A program made the translations under genes and the position numbers. The notes under the pieces were generated by a model. The model was not told where the DNA came from and ran no database searches. It saw nothing but the letters and a program-made list of their open reading frames with translations. This document shows, in pieces, positions 9,681-19,867 of a stretch of 64,000 nucleotides of DNA (position 1 is its first letter; each line of letters starts with the position of its first letter). Source of the DNA: Rebecca billardiae RCC1528 (lineage: Eukaryota; Protista; Haptophyta); contig OZ251222.1 of NCBI GenBank assembly GCA_965240325.2, forward strand, positions 4,402,001 to 4,466,000, in the 5' to 3' direction.

Positions 9681-12600
9681 GGTGCCTGCCCGGCCTGGCG
9701 CGCGCGCCGCGCACGCGCGCGCGGCTGCGGGCGTGGCTCTCAAAGGCCCGCGCACGGCGGCAGTGGGTCGAGCTCGCGCACGTTGAGGGCCCAGCGGCGC
9801 CCGTGCCGGCGCTCGCGCCCGCGCTCGACGCTGGCGACGAGCCCACCGCTCCGCCCACCGCTCCGCCGCCGCCGCCGCGCGCGCCGCCCGCGCGCTCGGC
9901 CGCCGACGCGCCTCCCGCGCGCGCGCCGCCCGCTGAGGTCGCGGCTGCTGCGGACAGCAGCGCCGCCGCGGACGCCGCCCCGGCGGACGCGCCCGCCGTG
10001 CGCGCCATCACGCTGGCGGCGCGTCCAGGCGAGCTCACCCTCATCGCGGGCGCGGTGGGCGCGGGCAAGAGCTCGCTCCTCTCCGCGCTGCTCGGCGAGA
10101 TGCGAGTGGACGGCGGCAGCGCGCGCGTGCACGGCTCGGTCGCCTACGTGCCACAGCACGCGTGGGTGCTCAACGCGACCGTGCGTGAGAACATTCTCTT
10201 CTTCGCGCCGTACGACGCGGCGCGGTACGACGAGGCGGTGCGGCTGTGCTCGCTCGAGCAGGACCTCCGCGCCCTCGCCGCGGGCGACGCCACCGAGATC
10301 GGCGAGCGCGGCATCAACCTCTCGGGCGGGCAGAAGCAGCGCATCTCGATCGCGCGCGCCGTGTACGCGCGCGCGAGCGTGCTGCTGCTGGATGACCCGC
10401 TCTCCGCGCTCGACGCGCACGTGGGCCGCGCGATCTTCGAGCGGTGCATCGTGCAGCACCTCGTGCGCGAGCGCTGCGCCACCGTCATCCTCGTGAGCAA
10501 CCAGCTGCACCTCGCGCCCGCGGCGCACCGCGTCGTGCTGCTGCGGCGCGGGTGCGTCGCAGAGGCGGGCACACACGCGCAGCTGCTCGGCAGCGGTGGC
10601 GAGTACGCGCAGCTGCTGCGCTCGCTGCGCGCGTCGGCGGGCGCGGAGGCGGAGGGCGCGGAGGGCGAGGATGCGGCGCCCGCCGAGGCGAGTGGCGCCG
10701 CGCCGCCGGCGCAACCCAGCCCGCCGCGCCCAGCCGCGGGCGCAGACGACTCCGCCCAGAGCCCGAGCTCCTCAGCAGTCTCTGCGCTGAGCGCCGCCTC
10801 CGACTCCTCCGCTGCGACCGCGCTCGCTGCCTGCACCGCCGAGCCGGCCGCGGACGCGGCTGCGGACCTGGAGGCGGCGGGCGGCGCGGTGAGCTCGGCG
10901 CGCGGCAAGGCGCTCGGCGCGTCGGCGCGCGGCGCGGGCGCTGGCGGCGCCGACGTCGGCGGCCCCGCCTCCGCGCCCTCCACCGCCGCCGCCGCCCCGG
11001 CGCACAGCGGCGCGCTCACGTCGACCGAGCAGCGCGCGCGCGGCGCCATCGCCTCCGGTGTGTACGCAGAGTACCTCAGGGCGGCGGGGGGCTGGGCGGT
11101 GGGCGTGGCGGTGCTCGCGCTGTACGTGGCGAGCCAGCTCAACATCGTCGCGTCGGACGCGTGGCTCTCCGTCTGGTCCGAGGGCACGCGCTTCCCCGCG
11201 CGCGGCCCCCGCTTCTATCTGGGCGTGTATCTCGGCCTGGGCGTGAGCCTCGCGCTCTGCACGTTTGTGCGAGCGCTCGCGTTCGCGTGCGCCGGGCTGC
11301 GCGCGGCGCGGCGGCTGCACGCGCGGCTGGCGCTCGTCGTGCTGCAGGGCTCGATGGCGTTCTTCGACACCACGCCGCTCGGCCGCGTCCTCGCGCGCTT
11401 CGCCTCGGACATGAACAAGCTCGACGAGACGCTGCCCAAGGCGGTGGAGGTGGCGCTCCACTCGGTCGCGTCGCTGTGCGCCACGTGCGCCGTGATCGCG
11501 AGCGTGATGCCCGCGGTGGTGCTCGCGGCGGCGCCGCTGGTGTACGCGTACGCGCGGACGCAGGCGTTCTACCGCGCCTCCGCGCTGCAGCTCAAGCGCC
11601 TCGACCAGTCCGCGCGCGGCCCGCTCTACTCCTTCTTCTCCGAGAGCCTCTCAGGGCTGCCCTCGATCCGCGCGTACGCGCGCGGCGGCACGTTTGCGCG
11701 CGCCATGGAGGCGCGGATCGACGCGTCGACGCGCGCGGTGTGGGCGACGTACATGATCGCGCGGTGGCTCTCGCTCCGGCTCGAGCTGCTCGGCAACCTC
11801 GTGATCGGCGCGGCGGCGGTCGGCGGCGTGCTCGCGCAGGGCACGTCCAGCGGCCTCGTCGGCCTCGCCCTCGCGTACGCGTTCCGTGCGACCACCCTGC
11901 TCGCCGGCATGGTGCGGTTTGTCACGGACGCGCAGACGCAGATGACGGCGTCGGAGCAGATCCTGCTGTACGTGGACACGGTGGAGACCGAGCCGTCGAT
12001 CGAGCCGGCCACCGCCGCGCTCGTCGAGCACCGCGCGCGCACCGCGCGCGCCGCGTGCGCGTGCCTCCGCCGGCCGCGCGCCGGCGGAGCGCAGCCGGAC
12101 GGCGCGCTCGCCGAGCGCGCGCGCGACGCGCGCGCGTGGCTCGGCCGCGGCGAGGTGGAGTTCGCCGGCGTGACGATGCGGTACCGGCCGGAGCTCGAGC
12201 CCGCGGTGCGGCGCGTCTCCTTCCACGTGCCCGCCGGCGCCAAGGTCGGCATCGTCGGCCGCACCGGCTCGGGCAAGTCGTCCACCATGCTGCTGCTCAT
12301 GCGCATGGTACAGCCCGCGGAGGGCGCCGTGCGCATCGACGGGCGCGACGTGCGCACGCTCAGCCTCGAGCAGCTGCGCGGCGCCGTGTCGATGATCCCG
12401 CAGGACCCGGTGCTCTTCTCCGGCAGCGTGCGCTCCAACCTCGACCCCTTCGGCCTGCACGCCGACCAGCGCATCTGGGAGGTGCTCGAGCGCGCGCAGC
12501 TCGCGAGCGCCGTGCGCGCCGCCGGGCCGGGCGGGCTCGAGGCGGAGGTCGCCGAGTACGGCGAGAACTTCTCGGTGGGGCAGCGCCAGCTGATCTGCCT

Positions 12601-13066
12601 CGCGCGCGCGCTGCTGCGCGAGGGACGCCTCCTGCTCATGGACGAGGCGACCAGCTCCGTCGGTGCGCGCGCGCGCGCGCCCTCGCCGCGTGCCGCGAGC
12701 CCGCGCGCGCCCGACTGCGCCGCGTGCCGCGCGCTCACGCAGCTCACGCAGCTCACGCACGAACGCCACATCCGCGCCTCGCCGCGCGCAGACTATGAGA
12801 CGGATCGGCTAATCCAGGCGCTCATCCGCGAGGAGTTCGCGGCATCGACCGTCATCACCATCGCGCACCGCATCAACACGATCATCGACTCGGACAAGAT
12901 CGTCGTCCTGTGCAACGGCGAGCTCGCCGAGTGCGGCGCGCCGCACGAGCTGCTGCGGCACGCGCCCGCCAACGAGGGCGCCGGAAGCTTTGCCAAACTA
13001 GTTGAGGAGACGGGCGCCGAGTCGGCGGCGCACTTGCGCGAGGTGGCCGCCGCGCGAAAAGCGTAG
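8075..13066 (+). CDS. ABC transporter subfamily C (MRP-like, no TMD0); introns 8572..8675, 8992..9091, 12663..12791
   Basis: Lasso-like SRLTMSWIDSLVRLG; IRVLKFYSWE; NBD1 GAVGAGKSS, LSGGQKQR, LLLDD; FFDTTPLGR; NBD2 GRTGSGKSS, FSVGQRQL, LMDEAT, IAHR. Confidence 0.95.
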
Positions 13067-13226
13067 CTATGATAGGCGCCCCGTGATGTCTGCATGCCGC
13101 CATGGGGGTGCGCATGGGCCTGTGCCCGCCATACTGTACCCCCATACAGTTATGCCCTTTTTGCTTTCGAGGAAACGAGTGATGAACCAACCGAACGATG
13201 GCCGACCCGAACCAACCGACGTCCAC

Positions 13227-14372
13227 ATGGGCCTAGGTGCGCGGACGGCGGGTGTGTGCTGGATCTTGACGATGTACTCGCTGGAGTGCCCTGACAGTAT
13301 CGGCGTGCCGCACCTGCACATGCGCGAGCAGCTCGCGTACAACATGCTGCGCACCGCGCGAGCAAACCCCCGGCTGCCGCTGTGCATCCTCACGAGCATG
13401 GAGCGCGGCACGGTGCTGCGCTCGCTCGCGGCTGTGCTAGGTCGCCGACTCGCAACGCTCCGCGCGGACTTACAGGTTGTAACGCTGCCGTGCACTATGC
13501 CCCCCGACTCTCCAGCCGCCGCGCCTGGCGAGTGCGCCGCGTGTGCGCTGTCCCGACAGCACCTGCCGTCCGCCCCTGCGAACAGCTCGGCGCTGCGGAA
13601 GCAGCTGGCGCTCGCCGCGGCGACGCGCTACTCGCGAGCCGTGAAGGTGCGCTCCGCCGCGTTTGTCCCCTTCCACACCACCGCCATCCTCGACGCGGAC
13701 GCCGCGCTGTGCGCGCACGCCTCTCGCGCGCTGCTGGGCGCGAGTGAGGCGCTGGCAGCTCAGAACAAATCGATCGGCGCGCGGTACCACTCGGTCGGGC
13801 GCAGGGCGCTCTCGGCGCTGATCGAGCCGTGCGAGGCAGCTTGCGGACAGACGACCGACGCCTCCGTCGTGCGCACCCGCATGCGCTGCGCCGCGCTGTG
13901 CAGCGGGCGGCACGTGCAGCACGGCCGCACCGGCTGCGGCGCCAACACGGGAGTGCTCCTCGTGCGCCGCTCTGCCGAGGCGGTGGCGTTCGCCGCGACG
14001 TGGTACGCGCGGTGGTACGCGCAGCTCGAGCGGCAGAGCGCGGCGGGGCACGCGCTGAGCTCGCTCTCCGAGCTCCGCGCCACTGCCGCGCTCTACTCGG
14101 GCGACCAGCAGACGTTCGGCTCGAGCGGGCTGCCAGCCTCCAGCTGGGCACACGCGTGCCGGCAGGTGGCCAACCTCCCGCGCACGCTGCACATGGGCAA
14201 GACGGAGGTCTCTCAGGGACAGAGCCGGGTGCACGGCTACGTCATCGGCGTGCACGGGTGCAAGGGACAGGACCACACCGGCCGCGAAGCGTGCGCGCTC
14301 TACGAGCGCTGCTGCGCGCGCCGCGGGCCGTGCGCAGACGTGCGAGCAGACGACGGCTTCTTGCTGCTGTGA
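13227..14372 (+). CDS. Putative nucleotide-diphospho-sugar (GT-A fold) glycosyltransferase, copy 1
   Basis: KVRSAAFVPFHTTAILDADAALC (DxD), ANTGVLLVR, GDQQTF, distal VH. Start codon uncertain. Confidence 0.6.
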   Translation: MGLGARTAGVCWILTMYSLECPDSIGVPHLHMREQLAYNMLRTARANPRLPLCILTSMERGTVLRSLAAVLGRRLATLRADLQVVTLPCTMPPDSPAAAPGECAACALSRQHLPSAPANSSALRKQLALAAATRYSRAVKVRSAAFVPFHTTAILDADAALCAHASRALLGASEALAAQNKSIGARYHSVGRRALSALIEPCEAACGQTTDASVVRTRMRCAALCSGRHVQHGRTGCGANTGVLLVRRSAEAVAFAATWYARWYAQLERQSAAGHALSSLSELRATAALYSGDQQTFGSSGLPASSWAHACRQVANLPRTLHMGKTEVSQGQSRVHGYVIGVHGCKGQDHTGREACALYERCCARRGPCADVRADDGFLLL

Positions 14373-15210
14373 GACGTGAGTGACGTAGTCTGACGATGAT
14401 GACACTGAGTGAGCAGACTATACAATATGGAACTCATCGTGCAGCAGGCTCCATCCGGACGGGACCTTCTAGCAACGGTACCGCGTTGCATATGGCTTGG
14501 CCCAGGCGCCCAGCCGACCCAACGGCTCACGGTAGCCGCTCGGGCCACTGAGTCACACTGCCGAAGCTAGATTTAGAATTTACGCGGCCGGCCGCGCAGG
14601 CGGCTGCCCGCAGCGGCGCGCCGGGCGTAAAGGGCCCGGCGCACCAATAAGTAGTAGTCTACTTATAAGTAGTGAAGTACGCTAGTGTGAGTAGTGGACA
14701 GTGGTGTTGGACCAATAATATACTATTAACGAATGCTTATAATAATAACATATATATTTAATTGCTCATCAGCTTATATCAGGGCCCTTGATGATGATTG
14801 TACACCGTGTACGCCGGTCGGTGGCCGCGCCAGTGGGAGCCAGTACTCTGTACTGGCGTGCTCCCACCCGTCCCAGCCCCCTACATCAAGGCTCCCTGCT
14901 GGAATTGAAAAATACCCGCAGCTATTCGTTACCAGCCCCGATTTCATAGTCACTGAGCTCATGACCGTGTGACCCATGGACGGTCATGAGCCCGCTGAGC
15001 CCGGAAGATGGGCAGCTCACTGGCTTTCGGGGACGGGTGGCGCGTCCGAGGTCATGATGGGTTCAAACCACAGTTCCAGGTCTCTCTTCGGAGCGGAGCG
15101 TGCGATGAAGGATGGCGCGCCAACCTGCCATGCCGTGAGCCTTACGCACGTTTATTGAAACAATAAATGTAGCAGTAAACTGTAGTAGTACGTGTATACT
15201 GTTACAAAGT

Positions 15211-15600
15211 AGCTGTGTGCGTCTCTTCTTCTTAGTAAAATGTACAGGCCTGATGAGCGCTGTGTGCGTCTCTTACTTTTCTTAGGTAGTAGTAAACTGT
15301 ACAGCAGGTCCATGCGAGCCGCGCAGCGCAGGTGGATCGCGCTTTACTCTTTAGCAGCTCAAGGCCGCGCTCAAGCTTTATACGATCGCGGTGCAGGCTA
15401 TGCTCTGCCACCAGCGCCGACTTCGTGTCGACGATCGGGCACTGCCGCCGACGAATCAGGAGACCCGCGTCGTCCTACCTGTGTCGTTAAATCACAGAAT
15501 GAGTACGGTCCTTGGCCAGCCAGGCTGCACCAGCGTCGTACTGTCAATCTCGCCTGCCTGAGCTGTGTGCGTCTCTTATTCTTAGTTAGTAAACTGTACA
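15211..15600 (+). repeat. Cluster of three copies of the dispersed repeat 3' end (GCTGTGTGCGTCTCTTATTCTTAGTAAACTGTA)
   Basis: Copies at about 15211-15245, 15259-15303 and 15543-15600, each with small variants. Confidence 0.85.
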
Positions 15601-15750
15601 CCCCATTGTCACCGATGAGGGTCCAACCAAGGGCTTGGTCCAACCCATTACCCACTCACTGGTCGCTCACTGGACCCCGGCAGCGAGCCACCCGTGCCTG
15701 CGCTCGGCGCCAGGCATGCCGACGACCGGCCGAATCCACTCCAACGCGAG

Positions 15751-16896
15751 ATGGGCCTCGTCGGTGGGACGGTGGGTGTGTGCTGGATCTTGACGATGTA
15801 CTCGCTGGAGTGCCCTGACAGTATCGGCGTGCCGCACCTGCACATGCGCGAGCAGCTCGCGTACAACATGCTGCGCACCGCGCGAGCAAACCCCCGGCTG
15901 CCGCTGTGCATCCTCACGAGCATGGAGGAAGGCACGGTGCTGCGCTCGCTCGCGGCTGTGCTCGGTCGCCGACTCGCAACGCTCCGCGCGGACTTACAGG
16001 TTGTAACGCTGCCGTGCACTATGCCCCCCGACTCTCCAGCCGCCGCGCCTGGCGAGTGCGCCGCGTGTGCGCTGTCCCGACAGCACCTGCCGTCCGCGCC
16101 CGCAAACAGCTCGGCGCTGCGGAAGCAGCTGGCGCTCGCCGCGGCGACGCGCTACTCGCGAGCTGTGAAGGTGCGCGCCGCTGCGTTTGTCCCCTTCCAC
16201 ACCACCGCCATCCTCGACGCGGACGCCGCGCTGTGCGCGCACGCCTCTCGCGCGCTGCTGGGCGCGAGTGAGGCGCTGGTAGCTCAGAACAAATCGATCG
16301 GCGCACGGTACCACTCCGGGCGCAAGGCGCTCTCGGCGCTGATCGAGCCGTGCGAGGCAGCTTGCGGGCAGACGACCGACGCCTCCGTCGTGCGCACCCG
16401 CATGCGCTGCGCCGCGCTGTGCAGCGGGCGGCACGTGCAGCACGGCCGCACCGGCTGCGGCGCCAACACGGGAGTGCTCCTCGTGCGCCGCTCTGCCGAG
16501 GCGGTGGCGTTCGCCGCGACGTGGTACGCGCGGTGGTACGCGCAGCTCGAGCGGCAGAGCGCGGCGGGGCACGCGCTGAGCTCGCTCTCCGAGCTCCGCG
16601 CCACTGCCGCGCTCTACTCGGGCGACCAGCAGACGTTCGGCTCGAGCGGGCTGCCAGCCTCCAGCTGGGCACACGCGTGCCGGCAGGTGGCCAACCTCCC
16701 GCGCACGCTGCACATGGGCAAGACGGAGGTCTCTCAGGGACAGAGCCGGGTGCACGGCTACGTCATCGGCGTGCACGGTTGCAAGGGACAGGACCACACC
16801 GGCGTCGAAGCGTGCGCGCTCTACGAGCGCTGCTGCGCGCGCCGCGGGCCGTGCGCTGCAGACGTGCGAGGCGCCGGCGACTTCTTGCTGCTGTGA
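15751..16896 (+). CDS. Putative GT-A glycosyltransferase, copy 2 (near-identical tandem duplicate)
   Basis: Almost identical DNA to 13245..14372 with a few substitutions and codon-sized indels; frame intact. Confidence 0.6.
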   Translation: MGLVGGTVGVCWILTMYSLECPDSIGVPHLHMREQLAYNMLRTARANPRLPLCILTSMEEGTVLRSLAAVLGRRLATLRADLQVVTLPCTMPPDSPAAAPGECAACALSRQHLPSAPANSSALRKQLALAAATRYSRAVKVRAAAFVPFHTTAILDADAALCAHASRALLGASEALVAQNKSIGARYHSGRKALSALIEPCEAACGQTTDASVVRTRMRCAALCSGRHVQHGRTGCGANTGVLLVRRSAEAVAFAATWYARWYAQLERQSAAGHALSSLSELRATAALYSGDQQTFGSSGLPASSWAHACRQVANLPRTLHMGKTEVSQGQSRVHGYVIGVHGCKGQDHTGVEACALYERCCARRGPCAADVRGAGDFLLL

Positions 16897-17267
16897 CTTG
16901 TGAGTAGTGATGATGAGGAGGACGATGATCATGCTGAGCTTATGGAACGGCTCATCAGCAGATGTAGTACTTCATCTAGTCTGATGCGCTCTCGTCTGAA
17001 GTCGTCTGCTCAGCTCGTCATCCGTTATATTTCAGTCAGTCTGCGTGCGGCGCTGCGCGCGGTCCGTCTCCCCGGCCGCAGCGCCGTCCGGACGCGGCGG
17101 CGCGGTCCGCCGACACCGCCACCGGACCGCGGCCAGACGGACCGTTGTCATGCGCCGTGATATGCCGCGTACGCGGAGTACCTGATGACGACGGTATGGC
17201 CGGCATATTGATCGTCGCGATAGTTTGGATCCGCATGCACGCATCATTAATCACGACTAACTATATA

Positions 17268-17295
17268 TAGAGAGAGAGAGAGAGATCGAGAGTAA

Positions 17296-17346
<51 letters not shown>
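17268..17346. repeat. (GA)n microsatellite, interrupted
   Basis: Seen directly. Confidence 0.95.
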
Positions 17347-17349
<3 letters not shown>

Positions 17350-17897
17350 TAGAGAGAGACTAATATTATAAATAATATATATAAATATATATATATTTAA
17401 CGACGTGGCAGCATCGGACAAGCGTCAGGCTCAGAGTGCAACAGACACTGGTCAGAGTTCAGACACATAGAATGCGTCCGCGCCTTCCGTCCAGGTCAGA
17501 CAGTGCGCCACCCGCAGCCCCTGCCCCCCTACGGGAGCGGGGCCGGGATGGAGCACCGCCTCGGCCTGCGGCACTCGCCTGGGGCACGCGGCGGCGACGG
17601 CAGATGCCGCCGCGGCCGAGCGCCTTCCGGAGCACTTGGATGAGGGTATATATATATATATATAGCTATATATATAGCTACGCGTCGTCAATTTCTGCTG
17701 AGATCAGATGCGCTGCTGCTGTAATGATCAGCATGTATAGAGTTATTCACTCCTGCGCCTCGTATCGTCAGCATCATAAAACTCGATGATGGCCACCGGC
17801 GGCCAGCCGAGAGTCCCGGGACGAGTAGCGGGAGTGCCCCCGGTAGCCGCCAGCCGGTCCAGGGCGGACGGGCAGCAGCACTGATCCGCGGGCGCGA

Positions 17898-19283
17898 TCA
17901 ATTACTCGTCAACGACGCTAATGATGATGATCCATGCGTGGCGGCGGGAGGCGGGATACTGCGACGCTCCTGTTCGCAAAGCGCGCGCGCGGCGAGAGCA
18001 CTGAGCGGTAGTGGCATTGGGCCCGGGGCCGACGCACGTGTCTGCGGCCCTGCGCCGGCCTCAGCCGAGCACAGCCTGGCTGGCTGCATCCACTCGGCCG
18101 CACACGCGTGCATGTGTGCGGCGGGCACGCCCAGCCGCATGCACAGGGCGATGGCGAAGCGATGATGTGCGCGGGCCACGCCGCCGTCCTCGGCTTCGTC
18201 GCGCGCGGCGACACCCCACGCCCGCCCGCCGTCGCCGCCCGCCGCCCTGCCCCTGCCCCCTCGCGCTGCATCGGCCTCGCGTGCGCGCGCGAGGGCCTGG
18301 GCGAGCTCGAGCTCAGCGCGTGCGAGCTGCCACTGCACCGCCACGGGTCGGCTGGCTGGGGACGGGGGGAAGATCGCAGCCAGCACGCAGCTCTGCCGCT
18401 GGAACCGCGCGGAGCTGTCCGTGGTGTGCGAGCGCAGCAGCCGCTCGGTGCGCCCGAGCTCAGCGCGCAGTGCAGCGGGCAGGGCGGCGCCGCCCGCACC
18501 CGCGCCGGGGCCGTCGGCGGTGGGCAACCGAGCGTGGAGCCAGGCTCGCTGCACGCCAGCGTAGTAGTTTGCGCGCTTCGCGGCGGTGGCCGCGTCGCAC
18601 CGCACAAGCTCGCGCACGAGAAGCGCTTCAGGCAGCCTTGGCTCCACGCGCACAGGCGGCGTTGTGCCGCGTGGGTGCGGCGCGGTGCGCTGCGTGGCCT
18701 CCGTCAGCAGCCACCTGCGGTGCGCCCACGCATCGGGCGCCGACGGAAAGCGCGCGAGCACGAGCGCGCTCAGAGCAAGCTCACCCCGCAGTGCACGTTC
18801 GTGCGCGTCCTCGGCCGCATCGGCGCCTTCGCCCCGCCGCGCCTCCTCCTGCTGCAGCAGCAGCCGCTTGCGCGCGTGCCAGGCCGAGTAGCAATGGCCG
18901 TTCAGCAAGACGAGCACGCGCGACGCGGCGCGGAGCTGGGCGAGCAGCTGCGACATGCCCTCGTCGAGCACGGCGGTGGATCCGTTGCACACGTGCGCCG
19001 CTGCAAGAGCGCGCTGGCGCTGGGTCCATCCCGCGCACGTGCGGGCCTCTGCGTGCGTGGCTGGCAGGCTCCACTTGGCGATGGCCAGCTGCCGCCCGCC
19101 GTCACAGACGGCGAGCTGCGCCTTGGCTTGCCGCGTGCCGCTCGCAGGGAAGACGAGCCGGCAGGTTGGCTCGGCGACTGCAATCTCCTCGCACGAGGGC
19201 ACGAACTCGTAGCCCTCGAGCGCAACCTCGGCGTCCAGCGTCGCGTCGAGGACGTCCATCATGCCCGCCTGCGCAGCCGCCAT
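17898..19283 (-). CDS. Protein prenyltransferase alpha-subunit repeat protein (PTAR1-like)
   Basis: PPTA-type repeats: LLNGHCYSAWHARKRLL, ELALSALVLARFPSAPDAWAHRRWLL, KRANYYAGVQRAWL, LLRSHTTDSSARFQR. Confidence 0.8.
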   Translation of the reverse strand: MAAAQAGMMDVLDATLDAEVALEGYEFVPSCEEIAVAEPTCRLVFPASGTRQAKAQLAVCDGGRQLAIAKWSLPATHAEARTCAGWTQRQRALAAAHVCNGSTAVLDEGMSQLLAQLRAASRVLVLLNGHCYSAWHARKRLLLQQEEARRGEGADAAEDAHERALRGELALSALVLARFPSAPDAWAHRRWLLTEATQRTAPHPRGTTPPVRVEPRLPEALLVRELVRCDAATAAKRANYYAGVQRAWLHARLPTADGPGAGAGGAALPAALRAELGRTERLLRSHTTDSSARFQRQSCVLAAIFPPSPASRPVAVQWQLARAELELAQALARAREADAARGGRGRAAGGDGGRAWGVAARDEAEDGGVARAHHRFAIALCMRLGVPAAHMHACAAEWMQPARLCSAEAGAGPQTRASAPGPMPLPLSALAARALCEQERRSIPPPAATHGSSSLASLTSN

Positions 19284-19374
19284 CGTCGTGCAGGACGATC
19301 AGCCACGCCTTCATCACTCGGCATAGAATAAAGAAAAAATGTTTCGGGCGGCCTGCGCTGGTAAGACAGTACGT

Positions 19375-19455
19375 ATCTCGCCTGCCTGAGACTCTGTGTG
19401 CGTCTCTTATTCCTATCAAACTGTATCTGTGTGCGTCTCTTATTCTTAGTAAACA
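19375..19455 (+). repeat. Two tandem copies of the dispersed repeat 3' end
   Basis: atctcgcctgcctgagactctgtgtgcgtctcttattcctatcaaactgta followed by tctgtgtgcgtctcttattcttagtaaac. Confidence 0.85.
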
Positions 19456-19666
19456 AGTAATCGTCGTCGTCTTGCTCCCGGGTTCGTGTAAAAATGGCGC
19501 GCAGCAGACGGCGCAGCGACAGTGCTCCGTCCGCCTCACCCTCGGTCGTCATCTATATGAGCTGCTGCTTGTCGTCGTCAGACGTCACCGGCGACGGCGG
19601 CGACGTCGTGATGACGGCAGCGGCCGGCCTTGACGATGCCAAGGTATACTGCCACGTATTCGCTCG

Positions 19667-19668
<2 letters not shown>

Positions 19669-19761
<93 letters not shown>
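19669..19761. repeat. (AT)n microsatellite
   Basis: Seen directly. Confidence 0.97.
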
Positions 19762-19764
<3 letters not shown>

Positions 19765-19867
19765 TGTATATCTGAGTGTGCATCATCGTCGTACTATTGA
19801 TGGACGAGTATGTTATTGGTGTCAGGTACCCACTCACCACTGCAGAGCCACACTCCCGCCACAGACA

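Noticed and set aside
15250-15290. CTGATGAG hammerhead-like cores (also near 4703, 45251, 62696)
   Set aside because: No stem II followed by GAAA and no flanking helices found.
15211-15600. CRISPR-like appearance of the roughly 33-nt repeated motif
   Set aside because: Irregular spacing, dispersed copies on both strands, eukaryotic context and no cas genes.
19494-19840. IYIYIY, SLSLSL and ERERER ORFs (also at 32706 and 63427)
   Set aside because: Translations of dinucleotide microsatellites.
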